A DNA stretch of 64,000 nucleotides from a plasmid. Below, piece after piece: positions 39,281-50,866 of this stretch. Position numbers and translations under genes: made by a program. Where the stretch lies: the sequence record CP109674.1; one strand, 5' to 3'. Under the pieces are notes generated by a model, which was not told where the DNA came from, searched no databases, and saw nothing but the letters and a program-made list of their open reading frames with translations. Position 1 is the stretch's first letter. Each line of letters begins with the position of its first letter.

Positions 39281-40113
39281 CGGTGTTCGGCATTCTGAAT
39301 CTCACCGAGGACTCCTTCTTCGATGAGAGCCGGCGGCTAGACCCCGCCGGCGCTGTCACCGCGGCGATCGAAATGCTGCGAGTCGGATCAGACGTCGTGG
39401 ATGTCGGACCGGCCGCCAGCCATCCGGACGCGAGGCCTGTATCGCCGGCCGATGAGATCAGACGTATTGCGCCGCTCTTAGACGCCCTGTCCGATCAGAT
39501 GCACCGTGTTTCAATCGACAGCTTCCAACCGGAAACCCAGCGCTATGCGCTCAAGCGCGGCGTGGGCTACCTGAACGATATCCAAGGATTTCCTGACCCT
39601 GCGCTCTATCCCGATATTGCTGAGGCGGACTGCAGGCTGGTGGTTATGCACTCAGCGCAGCGGGATGGCATCGCCACCCGCACCGGTCACCTTCGACCCG
39701 AAGACGCGCTCGACGAGATTGTGCGGTTCTTCGAGGCGCGGGTTTCCGCCTTGCGACGGAGCGGGGTCGCTGCCGACCGGCTCATCCTCGATCCGGGGAT
39801 GGGATTTTTCTTGAGCCCCGCACCGGAAACATCGCTGCACGTGCTGTCGAACCTTCAAAAGCTGAAGTCGGCGTTGGGGCTTCCGCTATTGGTCTCGGTG
39901 TCGCGGAAATCCTTCTTGGGCGCCACCGTTGGCCTTCCTGTAAAGGATCTGGGTCCAGCGAGCCTTGCGGCGGAACTTCACGCGATCGGCAATGGCGCTG
40001 ACTACGTCCGCACCCACGCGCCTGGAGATCTGCGAAGCGCAATCACCTTCTCGGAAACCCTCGCGAAATTTCGCAGTCGCGACGCCAGAGACCGAGGGTT
40101 AGATCATGCCTAG
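39274..40113 (+). CDS. sul1: Dihydropteroate synthase Sul1
   Basis: 279-aa ORF beginning [28 protein letters not shown]…. A second identical copy lies at 44984-45823. Confidence 0.95.
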   Translation: MVTVFGILNLTEDSFFDESRRLDPAGAVTAAIEMLRVGSDVVDVGPAASHPDARPVSPADEIRRIAPLLDALSDQMHRVSIDSFQPETQRYALKRGVGYLNDIQGFPDPALYPDIAEADCRLVVMHSAQRDGIATRTGHLRPEDALDEIVRFFEARVSALRRSGVAADRLILDPGMGFFLSPAPETSLHVLSNLQKLKSALGLPLLVSVSRKSFLGATVGLPVKDLGPASLAAELHAIGNGADYVRTHAPGDLRSAITFSETLAKFRSRDARDRGLDHA

Positions 40114-42280
40114 CATTCACCTTCCGGCCGCCCGCTAAATATCTCCTTTTGGGTTGTTAATAAAACATCCAATAAGTTGACTGTGCGTGAAAAAGAAAGT
40201 TTTGTGTGATGGCGTTGAAGATCGCACCGTTAAGCTCTTATGTGGGATGGTGCAGAGCTCGACGACTACCGATAAAACGCAACCGCCGCAAACAGACAAG
40301 AAAAAGCCCCAACTGATAACAGTTGGGGCTTCAGTATTGTGATTGGTGGAGCAATAGCACCCTGAACCCAAAACCTTCTCGCTCAACCGGTAGTGGCTGA
40401 TAACAACTCGTGAGGGCTATTGCGGGTTAAGCATTTAGCGATGTCTAGGGCCAGACTGGACGTCTGAACGCAAGCCGCTGATACTGTACATAACCACAGT
40501 ATCAGCGGAGGATACCCATGTCGCTGGCAAGGAACGCCACGGCGAGTCAATCGCCCACTCAAACAAACGGTTACGAACGCCACCAACCCGACCAGACGCT
40601 GCTCTACCAGCTGGTTGAGCAGCACTACCCAGCCTTCAAAGCCTCACTCGAAGCCCAAGGTCAACACCTGCCTCGCTACATCCAACAAGAATTCAACGAC
40701 CTCCTCCAATGTGGCCGTCTGGAGTATGGTTTCATGCGGGTTCGCTGCGAGGATTGTCATCACGAGCGTCTGGTCGCCTTCAGCTGTAAACGACGCGGCT
40801 TTTGCCCTAGCTGCGGTGCCCGCCGGATGGCCGAGAGTGCGGCGCTGCTGATAGACGAAGTCTTCCCCAAGGAGCCCATTCGCCAGTGGGTGCTCAGCTT
40901 TCCTTTCCAGCTACGCTTTTTGCTGGCTCGCCATCCCCAGCTGATGGGCCAGGTCTTGAGTATCGTCTATCGTACACTCTCAACTCATCTGATCAAAAAA
41001 GCCGGTTACACCAAAGCCTCTGCACAAACTGGCTCAGTGACTCTTATCCAACGCTTTGGCTCCGCGCTAAATCTCAATGTCCACTACCACATGCTGTTTC
41101 TCGATGGTGTCTATGCCGAAGATGACTATGGCAAGCAACGCTTCCATCGTGTCAAGGCACCCACTTACGATGAGCTGAATACGCTCGCTCACACCCTCAG
41201 CCATCGCATCGCTCGCTGCATGGAAAAGCGTGGGATTTTGGAGCGTGATGCCGAGAATACGTGGTTGACACTGGAAGAGGGCGAAGACGATACGCTGACT
41301 CAATTACATGGTGCTTCGGTTACGTATCGCATTGCCGTCGGCCCCCAGCAAGGGCGCAAAGTCTTCACCCTGCAAACCTTGCCAGGGCGTGAGGATAAAG
41401 CCGACTCAAGCAGTCGAGTAGCCAACCATGCTGGTTTCTCGCTACACGCCGGTGTGATGGCCGAAGCGCATCAGCGGGATAAGCTTGAGCGCTTGTGTCG
41501 CTACATTAGTCGGCCAGCGGTTTCAGGCATTAACCGCCAATGGGCAGGTGCGTTACGAGCTCAAAACTCCGTACCGCAATGGCACCACCCATGTGATCTT
41601 CGAGCCGCTGGACTTCATCGCCAAACTCGCTGCGTTGGTACCTAAGCCGCGAGTCAACCTCACACGCTTCCACGGCGTCTTTGCACCGAACAGCAAACAC
41701 CGAGTTCAAGTAACACCCGCCAAGCGGGGCAAGAAGCCCGACAAATCGGAAGGTCTCGATACTAACTGGCGTGACAAGAGTCCTGCAGAGCGCCACCGCG
41801 CCATGACCTGGATGCAACGCCTCAAGCGAGTCTTCAATATTGATATTGAAGTCTGCGAACACTGCGGCGGTCACGTCAAAGTGATTGCCAGCATCGAAGA
41901 TCCGAAGGTCATTGAGCAGATTCTCAAGCATCTGAAACAGAAAACAGCCAAGGCGAATGCCGCCAAGCAGCGTGAGCTGCCACCAGAACGAGCGCCGCCA
42001 CTGACTCCCAGCCTGTTCGATCCATCACAGAGTCGTCTCTTTGACTGACGACCCCAAATCCAACACTGCTCAACACTGCCAACTTTTAAACGGGGCGGTG
42101 GGGCAGTTTGTATCTCTCGAGCTATCAGGCTAGAGATTTTACCGCCAAATCGAACCTTATTAGAGCGGTTTAGGCTGGACCGGCAGTTAAAATTGGGGCT
42201 TGAGCGGTAAACGAGTGAGGGAATTTCAGGTAAGATACTTCGGATGAGGAGCAAAAAGGTGGTTTATACTTCCTATACCC
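40114..42280 (+). mobile_element. ISCR1 copy 1 (boundaries approximate at the left; oriIS end at 42280)
   Basis: Contains orf513 homology and ends with the characteristic oriIS sequence …GGTTTATACTTCCTATACCC, after which unique DNA (sapA-qnrB2) begins. Confidence 0.8.
40518..42048 (+). pseudogene. orf513: ISCR1 transposase orf513 with a frameshift (two ORFs: 40518-41645 and 41485-42048)
   Basis: N-terminus MSLARNATASQSPTQTNGYERHQP…. The start-to-stop span is 1531 nt against 1542 nt expected for 513 codons plus stop, i.e. an 11-nt deficit. The frame switches near 41500-41540. The copy at 46228-47758 is identical. Confidence 0.7.
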
Positions 42281-42820
42281 CATAAAGGAGGCATCCGGTT
42301 GCGTTAAGCGGAATTCAACGGTGTTGTTGTCCAGTTTGCGCACGCTTTGGACGTTATCGGCAAACTGCAGGCTGTCGAAGTAGGGGAAACTGCTGCCGTT
42401 CACATTGTGCCACGGATGGTGGCGATCAAAGATGCGCTCGAAGGTAAACACCACATCGTCTGCATTCAGTTTGCGGGTGGGGGTGAACCAGGCCGTCTTC
42501 TGAAACTGAACGTCACGACGCAGATGGAAGCGGTAGGTTGCGCCGTTATCCAGCACCTCCCAGCTTTCAGCAAGCTCAGGCACCAGCCGATAGGTGTAGG
42601 GATCTACATCAAGCAGTCGGTCATACAATTGGGCCGCTAACGTATCGACGATGAGACCGCTGCTCGTTTTTTGTGGGTTGAACGTATTGACTTGCCCGCT
42701 GACGCAATAGACAAACCCACTGTCACGGATATCAGCGTGCGGAGCTTGCTCAGGCGCAGCAGCAGCCTGACCACTCAGAAATCCAGCCATCACGATCAGA
42801 GATGATAAAACCAGGCGCAT
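42281..42820 (-). pseudogene. sapA: sapA-like peptide ABC substrate-binding protein, N-terminal fragment truncated by ISCR1
   Basis: N-terminal ~180 aa of a family 5 substrate-binding protein with a signal peptide. The ORF reads into the ISCR1 oriIS end. Confidence 0.7.
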
Positions 42821-43345
42821 AATTTTAATGGATTATATAAAGAGGCTATCTTACTAATACTTAATGACATTTGCCATTACCGTTTGTTTTTGGGAGTAAC
42901 AGGCTCGATAAGCGCGAGTTCAACACCGCGACATGGTCAAAATTCATACCTGCTATCCACTTTGAATCTACTCTGTTAACTATCTTAGCATTTTCATGGC
43001 CCATCTGACTTGCTATAAACGTGGGGGCGTACCTGTCGTTGTTTACTGATTGATATCAGTGTGTGCTCGGAAGATGGAGTATGGCATCGATAACGAAGTG
43101 TGGAGCGAGCATTTAGAGTGTCACTATCAATGCTGAACTATAATCATTCAGGAAGCAGTACACGTTATGTGAGTTGTAATAGCTAAAGTATCTATAATTA
43201 TTTCAATATGTTAATTCCATTTTTTCTTCATGGCATCTTAATCTTCTCACCCATTTATGGTGATGATTTCCATTGGTTATTAAATGCATTTTGGCTTTGA
43301 TCCTGGTTATGAACGGTTTTCTGTTGCCATTTAACTTCTAATGGA

Positions 43346-43807
43346 ATGAATTGTATGAATAAATTACTGAGCCTTGTTGTTTCACTTGCCCTATTGCCTG
43401 GAGCCGTTTTTGCAGCGTCGACTCCAGACTGTGTGAAGGTGAATAAAGCGCAAATCGAAGCGCTATTTGATAAGTGGAACGAGTCATTGAAAACAGGTAA
43501 CGCGCAGACGGTATCTGAAAATTATCTTAGCGATGCGGTATTGTTGCCTACTGTATCCAATAAAGCGCGTTTAACGGACGCTGAACGTGTTGATTATTTC
43601 GAGCATTTTCTTGCGAAAAAGCCGACCGGGAAAATTGACATGCGTACCATTCGCCTGGGGTGTAATAAGGCGATAGACACCGGTACCTACACATTTACCT
43701 TCGCGGACAAATCAACGGTTTCAGCCCGCTACACATTCACTTATGCATGGGACGGTAAAGAGTGGAAAATTTCCACACACCACTCTTCAGCGATGCCTGA
43801 AGGGTAA
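43346..43807 (+). CDS. Hypothetical secreted protein (SnoaL/NTF2-like fold suspected)
   Basis: 153-aa ORF with a signal peptide (…LLPGAVFAAS). Confidence 0.4.
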   Translation: MNCMNKLLSLVVSLALLPGAVFAASTPDCVKVNKAQIEALFDKWNESLKTGNAQTVSENYLSDAVLLPTVSNKARLTDAERVDYFEHFLAKKPTGKIDMRTIRLGCNKAIDTGTYTFTFADKSTVSARYTFTYAWDGKEWKISTHHSSAMPEG

Positions 43808-43848
43808 AAAGCTGTGCAGGGGGCGGAATATTCACCGCTCCCTGAAGA

Positions 43849-44493
43849 CTAGCCAATAATCGCGATGCCAAGACGTTCCATGAGCAACGATGCCTGGTAG
43901 TTGTCCAACTTAACGCCTTGTAAATCAACGCGCCGAATATCTAAGTCACCCAACTCCGAATTGGTCAGATCGCAATGTGTGAAGTTTGCTGCTCGCCAGT
44001 CGAAAGTCGAAAACTCGCCGCCGGAGAGATCTGAACCACTGAACGTCGCGCCCAGTACCTGGGCCCCCATCCAACGGTTTTCCCACAGCTCACACTTTTC
44101 CAACACGACTTTCGAAAAATTGGCGTAGCTTAGATTTGTGTTAGTGATATATGCACTGCAAAACCAGGTGCGAGTAGTGATCATATTCATAAAACTTGCG
44201 CCGCGAAAATCTGCGCCTTGCGCACGACAGTGGCGAATTTCAATGCCAAGCGCACTGGCATTGCGAAAATCCGCCATGGATAAATCACAGCTTTTAAAAA
44301 TGGCATCTTTCAGCATCGCACGACTAAAATTGCACCCTTTCTGGCTTTCACGATCATAGAACTGACAGCCGATAAATTCAGTGCCGCTCAGGTCGGCACC
44401 TGAAAAATCACAGTTAAAAAATGTACTATTTTCAATTTTCTCACCGGTGAAGCGGTTTCTGTTAATTTTTTCGCCAACGAGTGCCAGAGCCAT
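43849..44493 (-). CDS. qnrB2: Pentapeptide-repeat quinolone resistance protein QnrB (QnrB2-like)
   Basis: 214-aa ORF beginning MALALVGEKINRNRFTGEKIENSTFFNCDFSGADLSGTEFIGCQFYD… with pentapeptide repeats throughout. The sapA/pspF context matches. Confidence 0.9.
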   Translation of the reverse strand: MALALVGEKINRNRFTGEKIENSTFFNCDFSGADLSGTEFIGCQFYDRESQKGCNFSRAMLKDAIFKSCDLSMADFRNASALGIEIRHCRAQGADFRGASFMNMITTRTWFCSAYITNTNLSYANFSKVVLEKCELWENRWMGAQVLGATFSGSDLSGGEFSTFDWRAANFTHCDLTNSELGDLDIRRVDLQGVKLDNYQASLLMERLGIAIIG

Positions 44494-44502
44494 ATTTTGT
44501 GC

Positions 44503-44518
44503 CTGTTTTTTTATACAG
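44503..44518 (-). promoter_or_regulatory. LexA (SOS) box upstream of qnrB
   Basis: The reverse complement reads CTGTATAAAAAAACAG (the CTGT-N8-ACAG consensus), 10 bp upstream of the qnrB start codon. Confidence 0.8.
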
Positions 44519-44588
44519 TAATGGCGTCATGGTAAACCCTGATGAGGTTATGCGTCAAATCCGCCAATATAACATCTGCAAATGTGCG

Positions 44589-44785
44589 TTAAATCTGGTG
44601 TTTTTTCAGCAAAGCGCGAAGCTGATGGTAAGTCAGACCCAGTAATTCAGCGGCTTTTTTCTGGTTAAATTTTGCCTGCTGTAAGCTGGTTTGTAGAAAG
44701 TCTTTCTCTTGCTGCTGCTGGAATTCACGCAGATCCAGCGGTAACCCTACAGACATCGGTTTAGTTTCCGGCGCCTGCGGCTGCG
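44589..44785 (-). pseudogene. pspF: pspF fragment (C-terminal HTH, ~65 aa), truncated at the junction with the second 3'-CS
   Basis: …QQQQEKDFLQTSLQQAKFNQKKAAELLGLTYHQLRALLKKHQI is a sigma-54 activator-type HTH. Upstream it reads into qacEdelta1 sequence. Confidence 0.7.
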
Positions 44786-44990
44786 TCTGGTTCTGAAATC
44801 CATCCCTGTCGGTGTTGCTTATGCAGTCTGGTCGGGACTCGGCGTCGTCATAATTACAGCCATTGCCTGGTTGCTTCATGGGCAAAAGCTTGATGCGTGG
44901 GGCTTTGTAGGTATGGGGCTCATAATTGCTGCCTTTTTGCTCGCCCGATCCCCATCGTGGAAGTCGCTGCGGAGGCCGACGCCATGGTGA
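44786..44990 (+). pseudogene. qacEdelta1: qacEdelta1, 5'-truncated second copy
   Basis: Identical to 39076-39280. This is the start of the 3.2-kb direct repeat. Confidence 0.85.
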
Positions 44991-45823
44991 CGGTGTTCGG
45001 CATTCTGAATCTCACCGAGGACTCCTTCTTCGATGAGAGCCGGCGGCTAGACCCCGCCGGCGCTGTCACCGCGGCGATCGAAATGCTGCGAGTCGGATCA
45101 GACGTCGTGGATGTCGGACCGGCCGCCAGCCATCCGGACGCGAGGCCTGTATCGCCGGCCGATGAGATCAGACGTATTGCGCCGCTCTTAGACGCCCTGT
45201 CCGATCAGATGCACCGTGTTTCAATCGACAGCTTCCAACCGGAAACCCAGCGCTATGCGCTCAAGCGCGGCGTGGGCTACCTGAACGATATCCAAGGATT
45301 TCCTGACCCTGCGCTCTATCCCGATATTGCTGAGGCGGACTGCAGGCTGGTGGTTATGCACTCAGCGCAGCGGGATGGCATCGCCACCCGCACCGGTCAC
45401 CTTCGACCCGAAGACGCGCTCGACGAGATTGTGCGGTTCTTCGAGGCGCGGGTTTCCGCCTTGCGACGGAGCGGGGTCGCTGCCGACCGGCTCATCCTCG
45501 ATCCGGGGATGGGATTTTTCTTGAGCCCCGCACCGGAAACATCGCTGCACGTGCTGTCGAACCTTCAAAAGCTGAAGTCGGCGTTGGGGCTTCCGCTATT
45601 GGTCTCGGTGTCGCGGAAATCCTTCTTGGGCGCCACCGTTGGCCTTCCTGTAAAGGATCTGGGTCCAGCGAGCCTTGCGGCGGAACTTCACGCGATCGGC
45701 AATGGCGCTGACTACGTCCGCACCCACGCGCCTGGAGATCTGCGAAGCGCAATCACCTTCTCGGAAACCCTCGCGAAATTTCGCAGTCGCGACGCCAGAG
45801 ACCGAGGGTTAGATCATGCCTAG
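44984..45823 (+). CDS. sul1: Sul1 (second copy)
   Basis: Identical ORF to 39274-40113. Confidence 0.95.
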   Translation: MVTVFGILNLTEDSFFDESRRLDPAGAVTAAIEMLRVGSDVVDVGPAASHPDARPVSPADEIRRIAPLLDALSDQMHRVSIDSFQPETQRYALKRGVGYLNDIQGFPDPALYPDIAEADCRLVVMHSAQRDGIATRTGHLRPEDALDEIVRFFEARVSALRRSGVAADRLILDPGMGFFLSPAPETSLHVLSNLQKLKSALGLPLLVSVSRKSFLGATVGLPVKDLGPASLAAELHAIGNGADYVRTHAPGDLRSAITFSETLAKFRSRDARDRGLDHA

Positions 45824-47990
45824 CATTCACCTTCCGGCCGCCCGCTAAATATCTCCTTTTGGGTTGTTAATAAAACATCCAATAAGTTGACTGTGCGTGA
45901 AAAAGAAAGTTTTGTGTGATGGCGTTGAAGATCGCACCGTTAAGCTCTTATGTGGGATGGTGCAGAGCTCGACGACTACCGATAAAACGCAACCGCCGCA
46001 AACAGACAAGAAAAAGCCCCAACTGATAACAGTTGGGGCTTCAGTATTGTGATTGGTGGAGCAATAGCACCCTGAACCCAAAACCTTCTCGCTCAACCGG
46101 TAGTGGCTGATAACAACTCGTGAGGGCTATTGCGGGTTAAGCATTTAGCGATGTCTAGGGCCAGACTGGACGTCTGAACGCAAGCCGCTGATACTGTACA
46201 TAACCACAGTATCAGCGGAGGATACCCATGTCGCTGGCAAGGAACGCCACGGCGAGTCAATCGCCCACTCAAACAAACGGTTACGAACGCCACCAACCCG
46301 ACCAGACGCTGCTCTACCAGCTGGTTGAGCAGCACTACCCAGCCTTCAAAGCCTCACTCGAAGCCCAAGGTCAACACCTGCCTCGCTACATCCAACAAGA
46401 ATTCAACGACCTCCTCCAATGTGGCCGTCTGGAGTATGGTTTCATGCGGGTTCGCTGCGAGGATTGTCATCACGAGCGTCTGGTCGCCTTCAGCTGTAAA
46501 CGACGCGGCTTTTGCCCTAGCTGCGGTGCCCGCCGGATGGCCGAGAGTGCGGCGCTGCTGATAGACGAAGTCTTCCCCAAGGAGCCCATTCGCCAGTGGG
46601 TGCTCAGCTTTCCTTTCCAGCTACGCTTTTTGCTGGCTCGCCATCCCCAGCTGATGGGCCAGGTCTTGAGTATCGTCTATCGTACACTCTCAACTCATCT
46701 GATCAAAAAAGCCGGTTACACCAAAGCCTCTGCACAAACTGGCTCAGTGACTCTTATCCAACGCTTTGGCTCCGCGCTAAATCTCAATGTCCACTACCAC
46801 ATGCTGTTTCTCGATGGTGTCTATGCCGAAGATGACTATGGCAAGCAACGCTTCCATCGTGTCAAGGCACCCACTTACGATGAGCTGAATACGCTCGCTC
46901 ACACCCTCAGCCATCGCATCGCTCGCTGCATGGAAAAGCGTGGGATTTTGGAGCGTGATGCCGAGAATACGTGGTTGACACTGGAAGAGGGCGAAGACGA
47001 TACGCTGACTCAATTACATGGTGCTTCGGTTACGTATCGCATTGCCGTCGGCCCCCAGCAAGGGCGCAAAGTCTTCACCCTGCAAACCTTGCCAGGGCGT
47101 GAGGATAAAGCCGACTCAAGCAGTCGAGTAGCCAACCATGCTGGTTTCTCGCTACACGCCGGTGTGATGGCCGAAGCGCATCAGCGGGATAAGCTTGAGC
47201 GCTTGTGTCGCTACATTAGTCGGCCAGCGGTTTCAGGCATTAACCGCCAATGGGCAGGTGCGTTACGAGCTCAAAACTCCGTACCGCAATGGCACCACCC
47301 ATGTGATCTTCGAGCCGCTGGACTTCATCGCCAAACTCGCTGCGTTGGTACCTAAGCCGCGAGTCAACCTCACACGCTTCCACGGCGTCTTTGCACCGAA
47401 CAGCAAACACCGAGTTCAAGTAACACCCGCCAAGCGGGGCAAGAAGCCCGACAAATCGGAAGGTCTCGATACTAACTGGCGTGACAAGAGTCCTGCAGAG
47501 CGCCACCGCGCCATGACCTGGATGCAACGCCTCAAGCGAGTCTTCAATATTGATATTGAAGTCTGCGAACACTGCGGCGGTCACGTCAAAGTGATTGCCA
47601 GCATCGAAGATCCGAAGGTCATTGAGCAGATTCTCAAGCATCTGAAACAGAAAACAGCCAAGGCGAATGCCGCCAAGCAGCGTGAGCTGCCACCAGAACG
47701 AGCGCCGCCACTGACTCCCAGCCTGTTCGATCCATCACAGAGTCGTCTCTTTGACTGACGACCCCAAATCCAACACTGCTCAACACTGCCAACTTTTAAA
47801 CGGGGCGGTGGGGCAGTTTGTATCTCTCGAGCTATCAGGCTAGAGATTTTACCGCCAAATCGAACCTTATTAGAGCGGTTTAGGCTGGACCGGCAGTTAA
47901 AATTGGGGCTTGAGCGGTAAACGAGTGAGGGAATTTCAGGTAAGATACTTCGGATGAGGAGCAAAAAGGTGGTTTATACTTCCTATACCC
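45824..47990 (+). mobile_element. orf513: ISCR1 copy 2 (orf513 pseudogene 46228-47758; oriIS end at 47990)
   Basis: Identical to copy 1, including the frameshift. It is followed by unique DNA (ligA fragment, dfrA19). Confidence 0.8.
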
Positions 47991-48524
47991 AGTAGTGTTC
48001 CCCTGTCGGTTTGGTTGGGGTCGATGCCCCACTTTGGGCGCGGCGTTGGGCGCCGCAAGATGAAAGCTCTGTGTGAAGGCTTGGATATTAAGACCTTGGA
48101 TGATTTCAATGCCATCACCGAAGAGCAGATCGTTAGCGTCGACAAATTCAGCTACAAAACTGCCGCAAAAGTGCTTGCAGGTATGGCTGAACATGCCGAG
48201 CTATTCAACAAGATTCAATCAATCATCGGGTTCAAACAGCAGGTCACTTCGGGGGATCGTTTTACCGGTGAGAAGATCGTGATCACCGGTTTTCGTGACG
48301 CGGCCTTGGAGAAGCTGATTGAAGCTGAGGGTGGTGAAGTGCAATCATCAGTCTCGTCGAAGACCACCATGGTGATCGCGGCATCCACTTCCGGATCTTC
48401 CGGCAAATTGAAGAAAGTGCACGATCTCAACAACAGCGGAAAGGCAAATATCAAACTGATTGATCTGGCCACCTTCCGTAAGCAATATCTGGAACAACCA
48501 GCATCGACTGGTTTGGAGTTTTAA
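47991..48524 (+). pseudogene. ligA: NAD-dependent DNA ligase (LigA) C-terminal fragment (HhH/BRCT region)
   Basis: 169-aa ORF at 48015-48524 (…EEQIVSVDKFSYKTAAKVLAGMAEH… GEKIVITGF… BRCT-like). It starts at the ISCR1 oriIS boundary. Confidence 0.6.
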
Positions 48525-49093
48525 TGAGTCACCCACAACTTGAGCTAATAGTCGCTGTGGATTCTAAGTTGGGATTCGGGAAAGGCGGCAAGATTCCATG
48601 GAAATGCAAAGAAGACATGGCGCGATTTACGCGGATTTCTAAAGAGATCCGCGTGTGCGTTATGGGGAAACACACGTATACTGACATGCGTGACATGCAG
48701 TTAGAAAAGGATGGCGCCGAGGAGCGAATCAAGGAGAAAGGAATTCTCCCCGAACGCGAATCGTTCGTGATCTCCTCGACGTTAAAACAAGAAGATGTCA
48801 TAGGCGCTACTGTCGTTCCTGATCTTCGTGCTGTGATCAACCTGTATGAGAATACCGATCAACGCATTGCTGTCATTGGTGGGGAGAAGTTGTACATTCA
48901 AGCTCTTTCATCAGCAACGAAACTGCACATGACCATAATTCCAAGAGAGTTCGACTGTGATCGATTTATTCCTGTTGATCCGATCCAGAACAATTTTCAC
49001 ATTGATTCCAGTGCCAGCGAGACTGTGGAGGCAACCGTTGATGAGACTCAAGAGCGCATTCACTTTGCTACTTACGTGCGTAACAATCAGTAA
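48524..49093 (+). CDS. dfrA19: Trimethoprim-resistant dihydrofolate reductase (DfrA19-like) linked to ISCR1
   Basis: 189-aa ORF beginning MSHPQLELIVAVDSKLGFGKGGKIPWKCKEDMARF…, a type A DHFR fold, located downstream of ISCR1. Confidence 0.75.
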   Translation: MSHPQLELIVAVDSKLGFGKGGKIPWKCKEDMARFTRISKEIRVCVMGKHTYTDMRDMQLEKDGAEERIKEKGILPERESFVISSTLKQEDVIGATVVPDLRAVINLYENTDQRIAVIGGEKLYIQALSSATKLHMTIIPREFDCDRFIPVDPIQNNFHIDSSASETVEATVDETQERIHFATYVRNNQ

Positions 49094-49493
49094 CGCGCTG
49101 GCAGTGGAAGAACAAGAACCAGAAACGAAGCAGACGGTGTTGGCCGTCTGCTTCGAAACATCATTATTGGCTCGAGAACTGATCGAGAATACCATTCTTG
49201 CGGACGACATCCAAAACAATACAGAAAAGATAGCTTTGCAGTTGTCGGAGCCCCTCCCCCCAACTTATAATGGGATTATTGCTGGGCTAAACAATGCTGT
49301 CGCCATGCGTGGGACAGCAAACGTTGAATCGCCATCAAGAGCATCCACAGATTTACGTGCAGCCGTCATCGGTTTATGGTGTATAAATGACACCATAGCC
49401 GCCCTGAATCAGACTGATAATGCAGTCTTACAGGACGGCGAGTTGCAACAAACACTTGTCGATTATTACAACAACTTATTGGCTGACATCGTT
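49041..49493 (+). pseudogene. Hypothetical secreted protein, truncated by the IRi of integron 3
   Basis: Signal peptide MRLKSAFTLLLTCVTISNALA. The frame runs into the IRi at 49494. Confidence 0.4.
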
Positions 49494-49542
49494 TGTCGTT
49501 TTCAGAAGACGGCTGCACTGAACGTCAGAAGCCGACTGCACT
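49494..49542 (+). repeat. IRi plus second repeat of class 1 integron 3
   Basis: TGTCGTTTTCAGAAGACGGCTGCAC TGAACGTCAGAAGCCGACTGCAC. Confidence 0.9.
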
Positions 49543-49695
49543 ATAGCAGCGGAGGGGTTGGATCCATCAGGCAACGACGGGCTGCTGCCGGCCATCAGCG
49601 GACGCAGGGAGGACTTTCCGCAACCGGCCGTTCGATGCGGCACCGATGGCCTTCGCGCAGGGGTAGTGAATCCGCCAGGATTGACTTGCGCTGCC

Positions 49696-50709
49696 CTACC
49701 TCTCACTAGTGAGGGGCGGCAGCGCATCAAGCGGTGAGCGCACTCCGGCACCGCCAACTTTCAGCACATGCGTGTAAATCATCGTCGTAGAGACGTCGGA
49801 ATGGCCGAGCAGATCCTGCACGGTTCGAATGTCGTAACCGCTGCGGAGCAAGGCCGTCGCGAACGAGTGGCGGAGGGTGTGCGGTGTGGCGGGCTTCGTG
49901 ATGCCTGCTTGTTCTACGGCACGTTTGAAGGCGCGCTGAAAGGTCTGGTCATACATGTGATGGCGACGCACGACACCGCTCCGTGGATCGGTCGAATGCG
50001 TGTGCTGCGCAAAAACCCAGAACCACGGCCAGGAATGCCCGGCGCGCGGATACTTCCGCTCAAGGGCGTCGGGAAGCGCAACGCCGCTGCGGCCCTCGGC
50101 CTGGTCCTTCAGCCACCATGCCCGTGCACGCGACAGCTGCTCGCGCAGGCTGGGTGCCAAGCTCTCGGGTAACATCAAGGCCCGATCCTTGGAGCCCTTG
50201 CCCTCCCGCACGATGATCGTGCCGTGATCGAAATCCAGATCCTTGACCCGCAGTTGCAAACCCTCACTGATCCGCATGCCCGTTCCATACAGAAGCTGGG
50301 CGAACAAACGATGCTCGCCTTCCAGAAAACCGAGGATGCGAACCACTTCATCCGGGGTCAGCACCACCGGCAAGCGCCGCGACGGCCGAGGTCTTCCGAT
50401 CTCCTGAAGCCAGGGCAGATCCGTGCACAGCACCTTGCCGTAGAAGAACAGCAAGGCCGCCAATGCCTGACGATGCGTGGAGACCGAAACCTTGCGCTCG
50501 TTCGCCAGCCAGGACAGAAATGCCTCGACTTCGCTGCTGCCCAAGGTTGCCGGGTGACGCACACCGTGGAAACGGATGAAGGCACGAACCCAGTGGACAT
50601 AAGCCTGTTCGGTTGGTAAGCTGTAATGCAAGTAGCGTATGCGCTCACGCAACTGGTCCAGAACCTTGACCGAACGCAGCGGTGGTAACGGCGCAGTGGC
50701 GGTTTTCAT
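49696..50709 (-). CDS. intI1: Class 1 integron integrase IntI1 (intact, 337 aa)
   Basis: Full-length ORF including …[27 protein letters not shown]…. The Pc promoter at 50594-50622 is the TGGACA/TAAGCT type with TGG. Confidence 0.95.
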   Translation of the reverse strand: MKTATAPLPPLRSVKVLDQLRERIRYLHYSLPTEQAYVHWVRAFIRFHGVRHPATLGSSEVEAFLSWLANERKVSVSTHRQALAALLFFYGKVLCTDLPWLQEIGRPRPSRRLPVVLTPDEVVRILGFLEGEHRLFAQLLYGTGMRISEGLQLRVKDLDFDHGTIIVREGKGSKDRALMLPESLAPSLREQLSRARAWWLKDQAEGRSGVALPDALERKYPRAGHSWPWFWVFAQHTHSTDPRSGVVRRHHMYDQTFQRAFKRAVEQAGITKPATPHTLRHSFATALLRSGYDIRTVQDLLGHSDVSTTMIYTHVLKVGGAGVRSPLDALPPLTSER

Positions 50710-50752
50710 GGCTTGTTATGACTGTTTTTTTGTACAGTCTATGCCTCGGGCA
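50710..50752 (+). other. attI1 remnant (truncated after …GCCTCGGGCATC)
   Basis: Identical to the start of attI1 in integrons 1 and 2 up to 50752, then diverges into strA-upstream sequence. Confidence 0.75.
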
Positions 50753-50866
50753 TCAAGGCGAGCTCAGAGACCATGGAAAGCATGTTCTCGGACTTACGTA
50801 GCAACTCGTTTCTTTTCGCAGGTTGAGCCACCTCCGCGCTTCATCAGAAAACTGAAGGAACCTCCA

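Larger units (their letters stand above)
44786..47990 (+). repeat. 3205-bp direct repeat (copy B) of 39076-42280: qacEdelta1 fragment, sul1 and ISCR1
   Basis: Offset of 5710 bp, identical as far as read, from TCTGGTTCTGAAATCC… to …GGTTTATACTTCCTATACCC. Confidence 0.9.

Noticed and set aside
39187-40113. Extended sul1 ORF starting at 39187 (MGLCRY…) in the ORF track
   Set aside because: This is upstream read-through across qacEdelta1 in another frame. The conserved Sul1 start is the ATG at 39274 ([10 protein letters not shown]…).
40135-40625. Small minus-strand ORFs (83 and 80 aa) and the hairpin AGCCCCAACTGATAACAGTTGGGGCT downstream of sul1
   Set aside because: They lie within the conserved region between sul1 and ISCR1 orf513 and are duplicated identically in copy 2. 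They are most likely non-coding ISCR1 terIS-side sequence with a terminator-like hairpin, not genes.
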